64,000 nt of DNA from Haliotis rufescens (Eukaryota). Each line of letters opens with the position of its first letter. Within the stretch, counting starts at the first letter, position 1. The stretch lies in contig NW_025963891.1 in assembly GCF_023055435.1 (NCBI RefSeq), forward strand, positions 16,058,001 through 16,122,000. The letters are read 5' to 3'. The notes beneath the pieces were generated by a model. The model worked only from the letters and a program-made list of their open reading frames with translations, had not been told where the DNA came from and did not search any database. Shown one piece after another: positions 10,913 to 25,353 of this stretch. The position numbers and the translations under genes are program-made.

Positions 10913-13677
10913 CCCCTCGAATGAGGCATGTAATCTGGAAAATGTCTAACCGTGCATCCTCAAAACTACTTCTCGCGGGAACCTTTTACGAATGACGTCA
11001 TCTACAGTCACTATCATCAGTTGAATGCACTAGTTACGACTCGTGTCATTATTCAAATTTAGATAATTACATATCTTTATGCTGGCATGGGTATGATAAC
11101 ATGATCTGGTCCCTACAAACGTCATCAGGAGAACGATGGGAATGGCAACATGTTGAACGGAATCTTTTTTTTTTCAAGCAACGTTATCGTACATACGTCA
11201 GTTATAGGAAACAACACATTGCATACTCATTCAAGCCCGAGATAAACGTGTTTTATGTTGGTTCACAAACAGCTAACCTGCTTCAGTGGCAAAGGTTAGT
11301 GACGTCATTTGATTATGATTTGATATGATGTCACAATGGGCTGCAAAGGATTGCGATGCAATTCCATTGCAGCGGTATCTCCAAGGAGGAATCGCTTAGC
11401 GATTACTCACGTGGAAGCCAGTTTTGGATGAAAATAAATCAAGGCTACAAAACCCTATACATAATCAAAAGAAATCTCTGCACGATTCGTATAGGATTCC
11501 GACTATATCATGTGCAGGTGTGTTTGAATGAGATGCATGTATGTACGAGGATGAATTTCCTTGACTGGCGTCATTATACAAAAGGGAAATGCAACAATGT
11601 TGAATATATGTAGGTTCTGAGGGTTGGAATTAAACAAGTTCAACTTTATCTCTTAATGACAACGATAGAGTAGCTGTCGACACGATTAAAAGCAATCGAT
11701 AAATGATAAATGGTTTAGGAACCATGTTGAGTTTAGGTGATACATGGGAATTACTGAGTATATATTTGTGAATGTCTTTGAGGGGTTTTGATTATTGTTT
11801 TTTGCTCCCATTTTTATGTCGAAGTTAAACAGTGTGTGCTGGTTATGAATTTTACAAAATGCATCACACTTCTATTTCATAAAATTTCTCGCATTCCACG
11901 AATATATTGGTTTATGATTTCGGCAGTGAATGTTGTCTTTTACAATTATGAATATTGATTAGATTGGTTCATGTTGCTATTGCTACCTCCAGAATAAGAC
12001 GCTTTCAATGTTTATTCAAACATATAGGCCGTAATGTTATACTCGAGCTCTGCATTATTGTAAAAAATGTTTGAGAACGATACATTCATTTTAAAAAATA
12101 CTGACCAGTGGAAATTCATTTGCTTTGAGCTCAAAGCAGCAACTTATATGATTTGTCATTGGTCATGGAGAAGCTGTAGTTAAAGTGTCTGCCAGGAATT
12201 TCACTGCCAACCACGTGCAAGCATTAATCATATTGACTTTGACATGGTCTCGTAATACCATTGATTTTTCAATAATACGGTCTCCGTTAAGCCTACATTT
12301 TTCGCTTCATTTGTACCAATACTATCGAGAGCAAGTGATCTGTATTTATCATCATTCCCCGGGTCACGCCGTGACCAGTATAAAACGACCTCGACACAAT
12401 CGGGAAGAATAATGTGACAGGGTTACGCTCTTTGACCCTCTTCATTATATGTCAATTGAAGAAGCGACCCCTATTAGGAAGACGCTGCTGATATAAGTGA
12501 TTAAAACAACGTCGGCTATCGAGCTGGAATTCCGAAGGAAGGCGTTTCCCTATATACGAATAAATAACCTAATGTCATTCTAAGAAGCCTAAAGATTCAT
12601 AACTCAAAGTCATAAGGTTGAGTTGAATGAGTTCAACTTGAAATTTTAAGTCACATCGGCAATATTTCAGCCATATCGTGCAAAGCCATAAGGTGTCCAT
12701 AGAAAAGGATATGTTAAACAAAACAGTGACACAGTAAATATTTCGACAAGTGATCGGTATTCCAATAAATTCAAGACGTCAACGCCAGAAGATAATCACG
12801 CTCGATTATCCGCCGAAAGAAGACTTTATTGGGCTTAAAAGGCAATTATAGCAGTGATAAAAATTATATCAATAGATCACTGAAAATTAGTGATGATACC
12901 AGGTGATCGTGAAAAGGATAAGCATGCCCTGCTCTGCCGGTAGCACAATATTCAGTTAACCTTTGTTCGTTGCCTAGCTTACGCCTCACCCAGTAATACA
13001 CCTGTAAAACAATCGAACGCGGACCAGACAATCCAGTGATAAATAACATGAGCAATGACCCACGTTGCCGGGTAACGCTGCCAGGTTGTCAACCAATTCA
13101 CCACCGAACTTGACCATCGGATCCATTAGAGTAAGTGAAAGAGTATAAATGTAATAAGAGGAAACCCTGCACATTAAACACAGAATAAGGATTTCCACTT
13201 TTTTTTATGAAAACAACCATGGTGTAAACCTAAATAGAGTTTATTAGGGAATAATTAATCATTATTGTTATTAATATGAGAACAGATAAATATTGACAAT
13301 TGTCAACAGGATGCTGAAGAAGATGAATATTTGAAATGTAACAATTTCAAAGACAACATGGCTACATGATAATATGCATACTACGACCGCGGTGACATGG
13401 TCCACATGAGGACTTCCTACTCGGGGAGTTGCGGAGATTCTCGATAACGCAGGCATGAGTCAATAGCCCATTTGTGCTCTGTTGGAAACAGCTGCGGTAA
13501 GACGCAGGAGAAGTACGACTGTCAGAAGCCTTAGTTCAAGACAGAAAAAAATATCTACAAAAACGTGGTATTTTAGGATGGAGCTTATATCGTCCATACA
13601 GTAATTATGTCTTGCCAAGTCACTGCAATGACTGGGATAAGCTTTCGATTGTACCGGATTCAGATATCATTATTATT

Positions 13678-14800
13678 TACAGATTATAATAAAAAATGCA
13701 GCAAAGAGGGTTTGGGTGATCCCGGCACAGTCAGGCTGGTTAGGCTCATCACCAGCTCAGGGCAATTGCCCCCCTCTACACACAGCCCAGACAGCGAATT
13801 GGACTTCTCTCAGGAAGCGCTGCCTAGTCAAACCAACCGTGAACTTTTCGGAGAATGTGAAGACTCTCCAACACTGCAGCCTTCTGCATTACACAGAACG
13901 TCAGAAGGCTTGTATTCCTGGCAGCAAACCCGGGTACTCTCCCAATGTCAGTCAACAGATTGGGAGGTACCAAACCTAAGGCATCGAAATCAATAGGGAG
14001 TCGGAGAACTTGGTACTTGGGATGCAAGCGTGACATTTAAAAAGCGAGGTCCGCATATTTGCCATGTTTTCCCTGAATCTACTTAATCACGTAAGTGTCA
14101 AAAGGGACCGAAAATTCAATGATATAAATGATTTCATTGGATTTATGAAAAACGACAAGATCAGGTTTGTTGGCCTGGATGATCTGAGGCTATTTACGGG
14201 CCTATTCCAAAGAAGTTTCTATTTATCATTTGCCATGCCGCCGTCTATATATTCTGGGTCGTACCATGAATGGACCTCTGTGTCAATACCACAAGTATGT
14301 GGCCACTCCGTGTCGCTTAAGATACTGTGTTTGTGCCAAAGCTGGGCATCCACTAACAATGTGTTGGACAGTCTCATTAGATTCATTACATAATCTACAT
14401 TTCATATTTACATTTTGATGCAAAATCTCACATTGACGGTTTCGAGTGGGAAGTAACTGGTCCTGAGCAGCAAACGGAAAGCCTTCTGTTTCACTTTTTA
14501 GGCCAGTCGACCTCATCCAAGCGAAGGTCTCTGTAGGGTTTCTTACCTTCTCAACACACTACACATAATCTCGATGCAGTGGTCCTTCAGATAGACTCTT
14601 CTTGAAAAACTGAGTCTGGGCCGATATGACATGGCACTTCACTTTGGCTGACACTCATTCCTGTACCGTTCAACAGTACAGAACCATCAACAAAATCAAC
14701 TTTGAGATTATGTCCTACATCCTTGACTCGTTTACAAAAACTGTGGAATGCCTTGTTTTCATCATAAGTCTTGACATGCTTCACAAGAAGATCATAAGAT
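13678..14800 (-). mobile_element. 5'-truncated, decayed R4/Dong-clade non-LTR retrotransposon (restriction-like endonuclease type)
   Basis: Minus-strand translation gives LKSETEGF..AAQDQLLPTRN, CCHC knuckle KCRLC....ETVQHIVSGC, RH motif, then ANKPDLVV...IYIIEFSVPFD....KYADL (PD-(D/E)xK), then C-terminal MQKAAVLESLHILRKV*. A short 3'UTR follows. TAA repeats lie at both ends. Confidence 0.88.
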
Positions 14801-14859
14801 CTTCTTCTTCTTCTTATTATTATTATTATTATGATATACAACAAGTATCCGGGAATAAG

Positions 14860-15060
14860 TATCTGCTCAAATGCGGTTCAACATGTTCCCCGACCACTGG
14901 ATTCGTTTGCATTCCTGTTATCACCCTCAACTCCCTGGGGAGTCTACAACCCAATCTGCCTTGGGGTGGTGGATGGTGTTAACGTACACCTCACATATCG
15001 GGTACCCATTCTCTGCTGGGTGAACAGAGGCACATATGAACTAAGTCACTTGCCCACCGT
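14860..15060 (-). mobile_element. CORE-domain SINE fragment
   Basis: Minus strand tgggcaagtgacttagttcatatgtgcctctgttcacccagcagagaatgggtacc resembles the CORE consensus (tgggcaagtcacttaacctctctgtgcctc...aatggg). Confidence 0.6.
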
Positions 15061-18000
15061 GACACCACGGTTCTTCAGATTTGGCACATTAAACACACAG
15101 GCCGACTTCAAGGATTGCATGGCTCTCAAAGACACCTAGATGTACCTGGTGATGACACTGAAGCAACACGGGTAAACTATAAAACAAACAATTAGTTTTA
15201 ATAAATGAATATGAGAACTACTTCACCTGCTTTCAGGATCAGTGAGGATATTGAGTAGCCGTGTATTATTGTAGCAGGGCGTGGAGTCGTCCCACAGATG
15301 ACATCTTACCTTGTCAGCTTGCTGACGGGGTTAACCTCTTTGGTCATGTGGACAAGGCGTCCGACCTCGGATCAGAACGTCCGTGATTCGAATCCCATCA
15401 CGGGACACGGAAATGTAGTAAGCACTTAATGATATGGATAACAACAGCATAGGTAATATATGCGAAAATATGTGAAGAAGATTATGGTCCGAAGTGACAG
15501 TTTGTTACGTTCACTGACGAACACAACTATAATCGTCCAGCTCTCTTGCTTTTCGTCATACGTTTCTTCGTACCTCCATATTATATGTAGCAGTCTTGAT
15601 TTTACACAGTGACACAGCGTATCTCATCTCGTACAGGGAAAATGGCTGCATAATTAAATAGATATGGTTAGTGTGAGAGCTGAATCACGATAAACAAAAA
15701 TAGTTAATGTACTTGCGGCACACTTATCCCACGTGTGTCATGATGGTTTTACAAGAGTAGTTAATGTCATCAAGTGACGTATCGTAACAATTCCAAAATA
15801 AACTTGTGATGCCAACAGAGAAAGCTCGATCTCACCCTTCTCTTTGGGATCAGCTATTTGTACGTCTGATTTGACGCAAGCTTACAGTGTTTTAACAATG
15901 GAGATTCCGTGTTCTGGCTACAAACGTTATACATGATGTATCCTTTAAGTTGGCAAGGTTAACATGGTAGTTCAATGAGCTGTGGGGAAACAATATTACA
16001 CACGCCAAGAAGTAGTTTGAGTAAGCGTGTTTATCTGAAGAATAAGGCAACGGTAAGAGCGGTCTGCAAACGCAAGCAAACGTTGAGAATTAGTGTATTC
16101 TGATTTGCAATGCACACAGATAGCCATTGATGAAACTTGGGATTTACTCAGACGCTCGTGATCAACATCACCACGAGGAAGCAGGACGGGTTTTATGTAT
16201 AAGAAAGCATGAGGAATTGAATTTTGAATGTTCCTGACAATGACTTGGACCATTATTGTAAGACAGAAGGATAGGAGTGTCCCGAGCGAGGAAACTCTTA
16301 TCCCTGGTTGTCATCGTGCCCTCTCCACTGTAGAGCGATTTACGAGGATATTCTTTTTGTCCTCTTGCTCCTTCGACACTTTGTTATGTGCTTCATCATG
16401 TCCTGATTGATAACTTCAGCTTGCAGGGCGGGTAATAACCAAATTGAACAGCTTTTTTGTGCTACTTCACACAACACAATCAACAGGCATAACTGCTCCT
16501 GCGTGCAAATACATTAAGGTGGCATTTTACGTCACAAGAAGATCTGTTGCCCCATCTGTGGAGGTTTGGAATTATGTGATAATTGATTTGAGTGAAGCAA
16601 TCTGCTATTTCACTGTCAGGGAATGTATAGCATTTCACCGGTAGAGAATGTATGGTATTTTGCAAAACAATCGATTATCAGGACTGGACCCAGATGCATC
16701 GGAATATATAACAAAAATAATACTTCGGTGTGTGAAATGTTACACATGACGTGTGAAGTATGGTGGTATAAAAACACTGAAACATGATCCTGCTAGACTG
16801 TAATATTTTCAAATAGAAACTTTCTGATAGTCAAGAAACTTTCCATAATATGTAAAAATTCTTTGATAAAGTGTTTTTTTTGTTTCAGTTCTGATTCAGG
16901 ATGAATGTCAGTCCCGTGTTGTCTTTGATATGCAGCAGAGTAAAAGACGGATGTGATTCAGAAAGGGATTAAAATACACTAGAATGATTTTGGTGCCAGT
17001 GATGACACAAGCTGGGCTTCAACGGATACTGTACTCATTGTCTACTCATGAACTCTTTAACTATGGAAGATAACAGCTTTATGAGTACGGGATCAGAAGC
17101 CTAATGAAACGATGAAGTACATACCTCAGTTCACTGATGCGCGTATCCATATACCGACTCAGTAATTGTTGATTTATTAATAACCTTGTACTTAAGGTCG
17201 TTACGTCTTACGTTGATCTTTTATCGATTAATTTGGGTGATGAGATATGATTATTTAAGAGGCAAATGAATCGAATGGAATATTAGAAGAAAAATATATA
17301 ACTTTCAAACTAAAATCTTTTATAGTTTTATAATTTTTTAATTTGACGTTTACACGATATACGGCTTTTCCATTGGACGAGAGGTCGGTCACATGACCGC
17401 GAAGTTGACGTTCATAAGTGTATGAACGACACAATTTGACGTTCATACGTTTTTCACGAGACCGTGTTCTTGAAATGACGTAAACACTGACGGACTACTT
17501 CCACATTCCTGGGGAAACCCCTGGGAATTCCCTACCACGAAAACATACATTTTATTTAGCATTATTTCTGATCATTTAGAACCTTTTATCTTGGTCTCAG
17601 CATTTCAGTGTACATTGAGAAACGTAAGAGAGCTTGACTGCATGATTGTTCACGAATTTCCTCGCTACGGCCCATCCTAATGAACAAACGAAAAAATGCA
17701 CATCCAAACTATCGTCAGTATCGACTCGATCTGTGTCTAGGCTGACAGTGACCGTCTCCAGCAATCTACGAATTTACCTTGGTGTCTGTTTGACGCATCT
17801 TTAATCACCTTTCCATAATCGGTCAGTTGATCAATTATGACTAACACATGTAACCGCCACAGGTTCATTAACAACTTCGGAAATCCTCCCGTTACGTTTA
17901 TCGTGTCGGCCATTTTGACGTCTTCATTACAGACCTTTCTCATCTAATGGGGATATTATATGAACACATGTGTTGCGTAAGATGTTTCTGAAGAGCAAGT

Positions 18001-18170
18001 TCTACATCCATACGCTCATGTCACCTCTCTTTTGGGGGATCTATTTTATTCCGCGATATAGCTGGTTGTTGTTTGGCTGTCAGTGTAAACATGAGGTCAC
18101 ACGTACTAAATAAAATTGTGTTTAGATCTTGGCCTACGTCCTTTGAGGAAAGAAATTGTGATAATTTTTT

Positions 18171-18344
18171 TTTAAGAATTGACTTTCACTTTGTGTGAGT
18201 TCATTGGAGTATGAACCTTCATAGAGTGAGGGCCAAACATTGTATGAACGTCGTCGCAAGCTCCGACGTTCATACAGTTTGGCCCTCACTCTATGCAGGT
18301 TCATACTCCAATGAACTCACACAAAGTGAAGGTCAATTCTTAAA
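18171..18344. mobile_element. 174-bp near-perfect palindrome (foldback MITE-like element)
   Basis: Arms of about 82 bp around a tcgcaagctc loop; TTAA at both ends. Confidence 0.8.
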
Positions 18345-21300
18345 TGAACTTAAATTTCCGAATCATGGACAACTAATACCAAAGTTGTAAATTCTGTGTT
18401 TTACCTCTCGCAGTGGTTACAGGTTAATTGATATACGACAATGAACAATACCAAAATACCTACTTTCCTGTTCAAACAATTGTCTGGTCGAGAGAGCAAA
18501 GCATACACCGCGAGGATAACTGAATCAACGCTCCGTATCTTTTATTACATTTGTAACCTCTTTATTCCGATGTTGGATGTGCAAAAGTTGAACTCCGTTG
18601 TTTTCATTGGGCAATGCAATACGAGTCGGGGGGATATGTGAAACATGATAGCTAGGACACACTACTGTTCTTGTTTGGTTAAATAGAAATCACTCTCTGT
18701 TCCATTTGTTTATAATTAGAACCCGGAGAGACAAGTATCCAGAACGCTGCAAAGTGATGGAATGTGTATGAGGAAAAAAACATTAAAGCTTTCGACACTC
18801 ATTAATGCCAACGGTGCATGTACATTTTATCATCGTTTCTGCGGCATGTGGCTGGTTTGTTTCAGTTGGAATTAGGCGATACTTAAACATCTTGAACCGG
18901 CGAGATGGATTCTGTTTCCATATTGGTAACCGTCACTAAATTCTGCCGTTCGCCAATATGTGCCATGAACAACTGTTAGTGACGCGATGGCGAGTAAATT
19001 TAGATGCGTCAGCTGGTACTTTAGTACACTTCGGGGAGCAAAGAAAGTTCATGGACTCTTTAATGTCCCATGTGCGTCACACCTGAACACTTTCCATGCT
19101 TTGGACATGACATGTCCTATGTGGCTACCAAATTATTCATTACGGCAATAGCAGGGGCATATAACCATTGTAATTTGAAGATGTTGGCGATAGTTTATTG
19201 GTTTGTCTCCCACAGCAACGACATGCAATAATCACTACATGCCAAAATTACTACACTTATAATTAGTTAAAAGCAGAATTGATATGATTAATTTTAAGTT
19301 TTGGCTTTTAGAAATTGATAGAATTCTTTGGCTGCTCTTTTTATATACGTTCGAGTAGCTGACCATCTTTGACCTCCGTAATAGCGCCTCTTGGCTCTAG
19401 GAGTCACAATAATTCTTCTTTTAACTGAACCCAGGCTGGGGCTTCATATTTCGTCTATCACTTAATGTATATAGTGCGCCCCACATGCATGAGAACTCAC
19501 AGAGGGTTAGCCCGACTCCCGTATATTTACGACAATCATTTACAAAGTCGACACAATTTATGGATAACAACTTATGTAATAAGTTATTATTAATATGTCT
19601 TCGACCTGAATACACAATAACACGTGACAGTAACCATGTGTGCAAAATACAGACCATCCCAGACACTAGGGCTATGCAATAAACACAAGTTGACAACATT
19701 TGCATATTTTGACGATATATTGAAATAGATCATATCTTCACCTGGAATATAAGAAGAGATTTGCTGCTTGATACAGTCATTAAAAATATATGTTCCCTGT
19801 GTCAGGATAAATCAGCATTATACCACCAACATAATGGAGTAATTTGTCGACCATACGATGATGCATTTGTTGGCCTTCATTCTCTGCAGTAACATCGGGG
19901 GAATGTCCTAAGGGAAGCTCACGAACAAAAAACACATAAAAATTCATGTATGAACCTGTCACAGACGAAGACAGTGAAAGTGCCGAGAGACTTGATTCAA
20001 TCAATTACTTGTAGACGTACCTGTAATCATATCCCAAGAATCGACAATGGCATGAACAGAGTGACATGCATAGTCTGGATCGTACACTCGTCTCTGCTTT
20101 TAGCATAGGGTTCTTATGATTTCTTATGAATCGTGATTTAATCGGCATCGTAAATCGACTTTGCTTTCAGCAGAGATTTCTTATGATTATGGAAAAGGTT
20201 GTGTTTCTTTTATTCATTAGCATTAGTAAGATGTTATCTTTTTCGAATGTTTTTTTTTTTAATTGTTGACGACCCTGTTAGTGTGGTAGCCTTTTCCAGG
20301 GAACATGTGATAAATAGTTGAAGTCAACAAGTACAGCCACCATCGACTATAACGGTTTCGAATATAGCGAACTATTGGCTACTGTGAAGCAAATTCGGAA
20401 ACCGGATTACTGAGTGAATAGAAACTCGATGCAATGTTACAGGCAAATCACGTCTAGGGACCTCAGGGAGGGTCTTCCCACAGGTCACGATGAGCGTAAT
20501 TAGCCAACGCTTTAACCGATAGGCCCTACATCGCTGTCCTCTCCCTGATCGGCAGTTATTAAGGTTTGGTTCACACCTGGTCAAATGAATTAAATTAATT
20601 CCGCAGTGTACCCGTTGTAAATGTTTGTTTATGTATGGCAGAGTGTAACATTAATGACATTGATAACACTCAACACGTTTCATCCTTTACAATACTAACA
20701 CACAAGTTTACCAATCAGCTTACAAAACATCAAGGATAACAATTTAGATCTCCAAACAAGGTGACAATGAGGTCGACATAAGAGCTGCAAATTTCACATA
20801 TGTGGTTACCCAACTGCAAGTTTAAAACTACTGTTTGGAGAAACCTCCCAGTCATCACATGGCTCTAAGTAGTAATCATATATAATTACGCCGCTTTCAG
20901 CAACATTTAAGGAATAGAATTAAAGGATCGACAACACCAGGAATGGTTTTTTTCCCTTTTGAAATCGAAACGGAATCTTCAGTGTGACGGACCATTAAGA
21001 TTATCCAGCTCCTGCGTCAGACGCAGACAAGAGGATGAATCAGTTAAATGAATAGTTGAAAGCAGCCTCTCCGTCTTACCTTTTTTACCCCAGTACATTA
21101 ACTACTTAATGTTGCTCCGCAGATGTATTGCATGGGGTTAAAAACCGTACTCTTTGGCCCCCCTGACTGATTCATCATTTCGAAACATTATCCCCACGAG
21201 GGCTCTGATTGGTACAATTTGAAGATCAATTACCAGTTAATGCGAAATCAAAACTGATTGAGATTAATTCACCGCGTCTTGCTTCTGGGAAAATCAAGTC

Positions 21301-22355
21301 AGATCCTGTACGATCAAACACGATGTCATTTTAAGCATCAATGAGACAAAAAGGATAAAAGAAGATGTTAAAAGAACATTTCGAAAAGAACATACGAACA
21401 GTGATCAAAATTTGCTTTCACAAAACGATAGTGTCGATGATGCGTTCCCCTGTAGAGGAGAAGCAGACGGTTAAGATAAATATTTTAGACGACGATAACT
21501 GCTTGACTTTTGAATCCAATTTTGTCCTCTGTATCAATTTTCTTAGCACTTAACGCACGGAAAACAACGCGACTTGGCATCAAGTTGGACAACATGATTG
21601 CGGGTTTCCTTTTTTTACAGTGCTCCCTGTCAGCTCTGCCGCACGAATGGAACGGTTCTTGTTGGAAGCAATATCAGTGATGGTGGCCACTATGTATAGT
21701 TACAAGAAACCAATGCCATCCCTATTGATCTTCACACCACTTCACTATTCAGAACAATTAAGGAAACTTAATCTATCCATTGCGGCTCCATTTGTACCAT
21801 TGAATATTCAATAAAGGTAGAACATTATTCAATCACTACTCGCTTCGGGACACAGCTTACTGTTAGGGCATCCATCCAAGACCTTGCTAATTTCAAGGGC
21901 GATGTCGCCGTCCTAGTACAGTTTGTAACAATGATAGTCCTTCACTTGACAAGTACTGCAATTAAGGGGCCGTATTTGAAATAAACTTCAAACAGCACCA
22001 GTTCTAAAATAAGTTGATGTCGGTTAATGACCTTAAGAGCGTTTCGCATTTTCTTTTGAATGTACTTGACGTAATAAAATAGATAACAAAAACAAGTAGT
22101 GCCGATATCTTCTATTCTGCGTCAATTCTGACGTCAGCTACTCGCCCCATGGCAAATATTGTGATTTATGTAACATGTAACTGCTGGGGAATGTATAAAT
22201 AAGACTGAAATCTGTATCTCTATGGGAACAAAAAAACGTACTAATAATAGATACGTACCTGTTATTATGTATATGTTAGAAAAGCTTAGTCACTTGTATT
22301 GTGGTAACGTGTTAAATCAAAGCAGAGACCAAAGTAAAGATGTTCTAACCAAATC

Positions 22356-22482
22356 CCGTCACGCCGAAGACACGGGTTCGATTTCCTACATGGGTACAAT
22401 GTGTCAAGCCCATTTGCGGTGACCCCGCCGTGATGTTGCTGGAATATTGCTAAAAGCGGCGGAAACCCATCCTCATTCACTC
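22356..22482 (+). mobile_element. SINE family A, 5'-truncated
   Basis: cgtcacgccgaagac...ctggaatattgctaaaagcggcg. Confidence 0.85.
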
Positions 22483-22925
22483 TAACCTAATTATATAATT
22501 TAAAGTATTACTAAAAAATATAACTTCATGATATCATCGTTTTAATGGCACACGTATAACAGGGAGAGTCCATCATTACTTTGGATATTCGCGATATCAT
22601 TTTACAAAAATGCTTTCGACACTTCAGGTCTTTTCTTTTATGTTAATGGCATCCCGTTTCCATGTCCCGTGTGATTAGTCGATGGTTATGTTACTGTCTT
22701 ATATCTTGTGTGTTGCAGACGCCATATACTATATTATCCCTTTATTACACAGCAATGTCGTACCGGGAAGACTCATGCATATGGCATTCTAAAGAGGTGC
22801 TCTTGAACGAGTAGCCAAAATAACTTGACACTTTTCCACTTTCCACTTTTAAAACTGTGTGTTTTTGCGTAATGCAACAATATTATGACATACAAAAGGA
22901 AGATACGCTGTGCACAAATAACATA

Positions 22926-23087
22926 CAGTAAACAGCTATTACAACGAACCAATTTAAGTTCGTTATAACCATAGTTCGTTATAAATATACGCACAGCATA
23001 TATACAGCAAATGGCCGGGACTTAAAAATAAATTCGTTATATCCGTCAGTTCGTTATAAGCGTGTTCATTATAAACGTAGTTTATTG
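22926..23087. mobile_element. Tc1/mariner-pogo-type MITE
   Basis: TA-flanked cagtaaac...gtttattg ends; internal gttcgttata repeats; opposite orientation to the 25354 copy. Confidence 0.82.
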
Positions 23088-23200
23088 TAATGGTAATAAA
23101 TAAGACAACGAGAGTAAGTGAATTTATCGCCACTGTAAACAACATTTCAGTTATATTATGGGTGTGGGCAATTATACAGTTCATATACGTTCTGATTCTT

Positions 23201-23366
23201 GGGGGCAGTCGGGTAGCCTAGTGGTTAAAGCGTTGGCTCGTCACGACGAAGACCCGGGTTCGAATCCCGACATGATTACAATGTCTGAAGCCCATTTCTG
23301 GTGTCCCCAGCCGTGATATTGCTGGATTATTGCTAAAAGCGGCGTAAAATCAAACTCACTCACTCA
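23201..23366 (+). mobile_element. tRNA-derived SINE, family A (about 165 bp)
   Basis: A box tagcctagtgg, B box ggttcgaatcc, (ACTC)n tail; TSD tgattcttg at 23193-23201 and 23370-23378. Confidence 0.92.
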
Positions 23367-24582
23367 TTGTGATTCTTGATCCCTTATGAGAAACAATAAT
23401 TGTATACCGTCAAGGAAAACGTCGAAAGTTTTATTAATTTTACAATCATAAACATTGAGATAACCTCGAAGATAATATTAACTAATATGTTGACATCTGG
23501 ATTTCAAAGAGCAAAGTCAAATTCGCAATTTCTATGTATCGGTAACATTTCATCCATTGTGAAAACGAGCTGATAAAGGTATACGTATTTAACAATTCCG
23601 GTAGAAAATAACAACATCTTAACAGGTCATGAGTCGTGACGCGTGAACACTCATGAACCATGTTCAAAGCATTCCAAAATAGCATAACACATAAACTTGT
23701 AATAAAAATAACACGCCACGGGGATTATGTTTGTCCTTTTCGTGTATATAAAAGCGGCAAAACCCTTTCCATGACCATAAAAATCTCATTTAATGTTCGG
23801 GTTGGAAATGTCTGACAATGTCATGGTACACACTCACATACGAATACAGTTCTCCCCTAAACTCATGGGTTCATTAACAATAACGTTTAAAGGTATACAC
23901 CAAGGATTGTCAGAGATTGCAAAGAATATGTACACACACAAATTGCTCCGAAAATGAGTTCTTTATGAAAAAAGAAAATTGTTTGAAAAGAACAGCTCTG
24001 ATCATGCATAAAATGAAATAGTTTTCGTTAATATATATTTTATTATTTTTGTAATAGTTTGACATTTAGAAAATTGGTTATGGAATGATTCTTATCTTAG
24101 GCGTCAGCGCAAAACGTAATGTTGTCTTTGATGCAGATACTAGGGACATAAAAGACGATATCAAACCTAGGCTTGCGGCTACCAACAACACTTAACTTTG
24201 CCCAATCCATTTAGAATACTGAAAATAATATTTCATCTATCAATACTTTCTTTCTATTATTAATCAAACATTGGTCCAACCCTGCTAGGGACTGTTTATT
24301 ATCAAGTTTGATGCCGAGATAGGGCTTTAATAGCTATGATGAACTACTCACATTACACTGATAAGTGATTCCAATTGACCATCTATCGGTCTCTGGGTCT
24401 CTGACTGTGGACAAGATTGAATTGGTTTGGTATCCATTATTCGCTCATGCATCCTGAATGTGTGTCTACTGTCACGACAAGACGTTTTCATAGACGGTTG
24501 GTACTTCAGTTATATACCAAAATATGGAAACAGGTTTTGTATAGTACTTCACGTCGTACTTTATGTTCAGATTGTATTATTA

Positions 24583-24937
24583 GGTGGTGAGGTGAAATGG
24601 GGTTTAACGTCGCGTCCAAGATTATTGCACTTATATAGCGACGTGCATGTATGTGTATGTGTTTGTGTGGCTGCTTGTACTAGTCCGGACTGATGCCGAT
24701 TTATAGTGCTAGCTCACTGAGATAGCATGCCGCAGTTTAACATGAATACCCCACTCAGACACAGTATACTGAGTCCGAGCCGACCAGTCCTTGTTTTAGC
24801 CCCTTAATGCCGAGCGCCAGACAGGGTAACAACAAGTACCATCTTTTAACGTCTTTTGGTATGACGCGGCCGGGGATCGAACCCCGAACCTTCCGCTCTC
24901 CGGGCGGACGCTCTACCACTAGACCACGGAGGCGGTC
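24583..24937 (-). mobile_element. tRNA-derived SINE, family C (about 355 bp; Meta/MESC-like central domain; (CACCT)n tail)
   Basis: tRNA head with A/B boxes; central cataccaaaagac.ttaaaagatggtac...ggcgctcggcattaa; 13-bp TSD gattgtattatta at 24570-24582 and 24940-24952. Confidence 0.93.
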
Positions 24938-25353
24938 TTGATTGTATTATTAAAGCACCTGTAATTACTGAATTGAGAGACTTGAATGGGACAATAACAT
25001 ACTGCCGCGAACAGTGATAGCTCTTGAATCACAACCGAGGATAACTCTAAAAGGTCAGAAACATTTACACTGGATCAGTTTAAGCCGAAGTGTATTCATA
25101 CGCGCATCTATCAAAGTAACATAAAAAATACACAACATTGAAAAGTCATTAATTCTTCACGGAAACAGTACAACAATTGGGCGCAACGATTCATCAATGT
25201 TATACAGCATCGCAAATGTCAATGGCCTGATAGCAAAACACCAATCACAATGAAAATAGTTAACATCGATGCCGCGCAAGAATATTCGCGAGTATCATTG
25301 ACGTAACAAAATGAACAGAAAATGTAAATACGGTTTACGTTTACTTTCATATA

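Noticed and set aside
19722-19760. Minus-strand acceptor followed by GTG AAG (V-K) as candidate GPCR exon 2
   Set aside because: In-frame TGA at the fourth codon.
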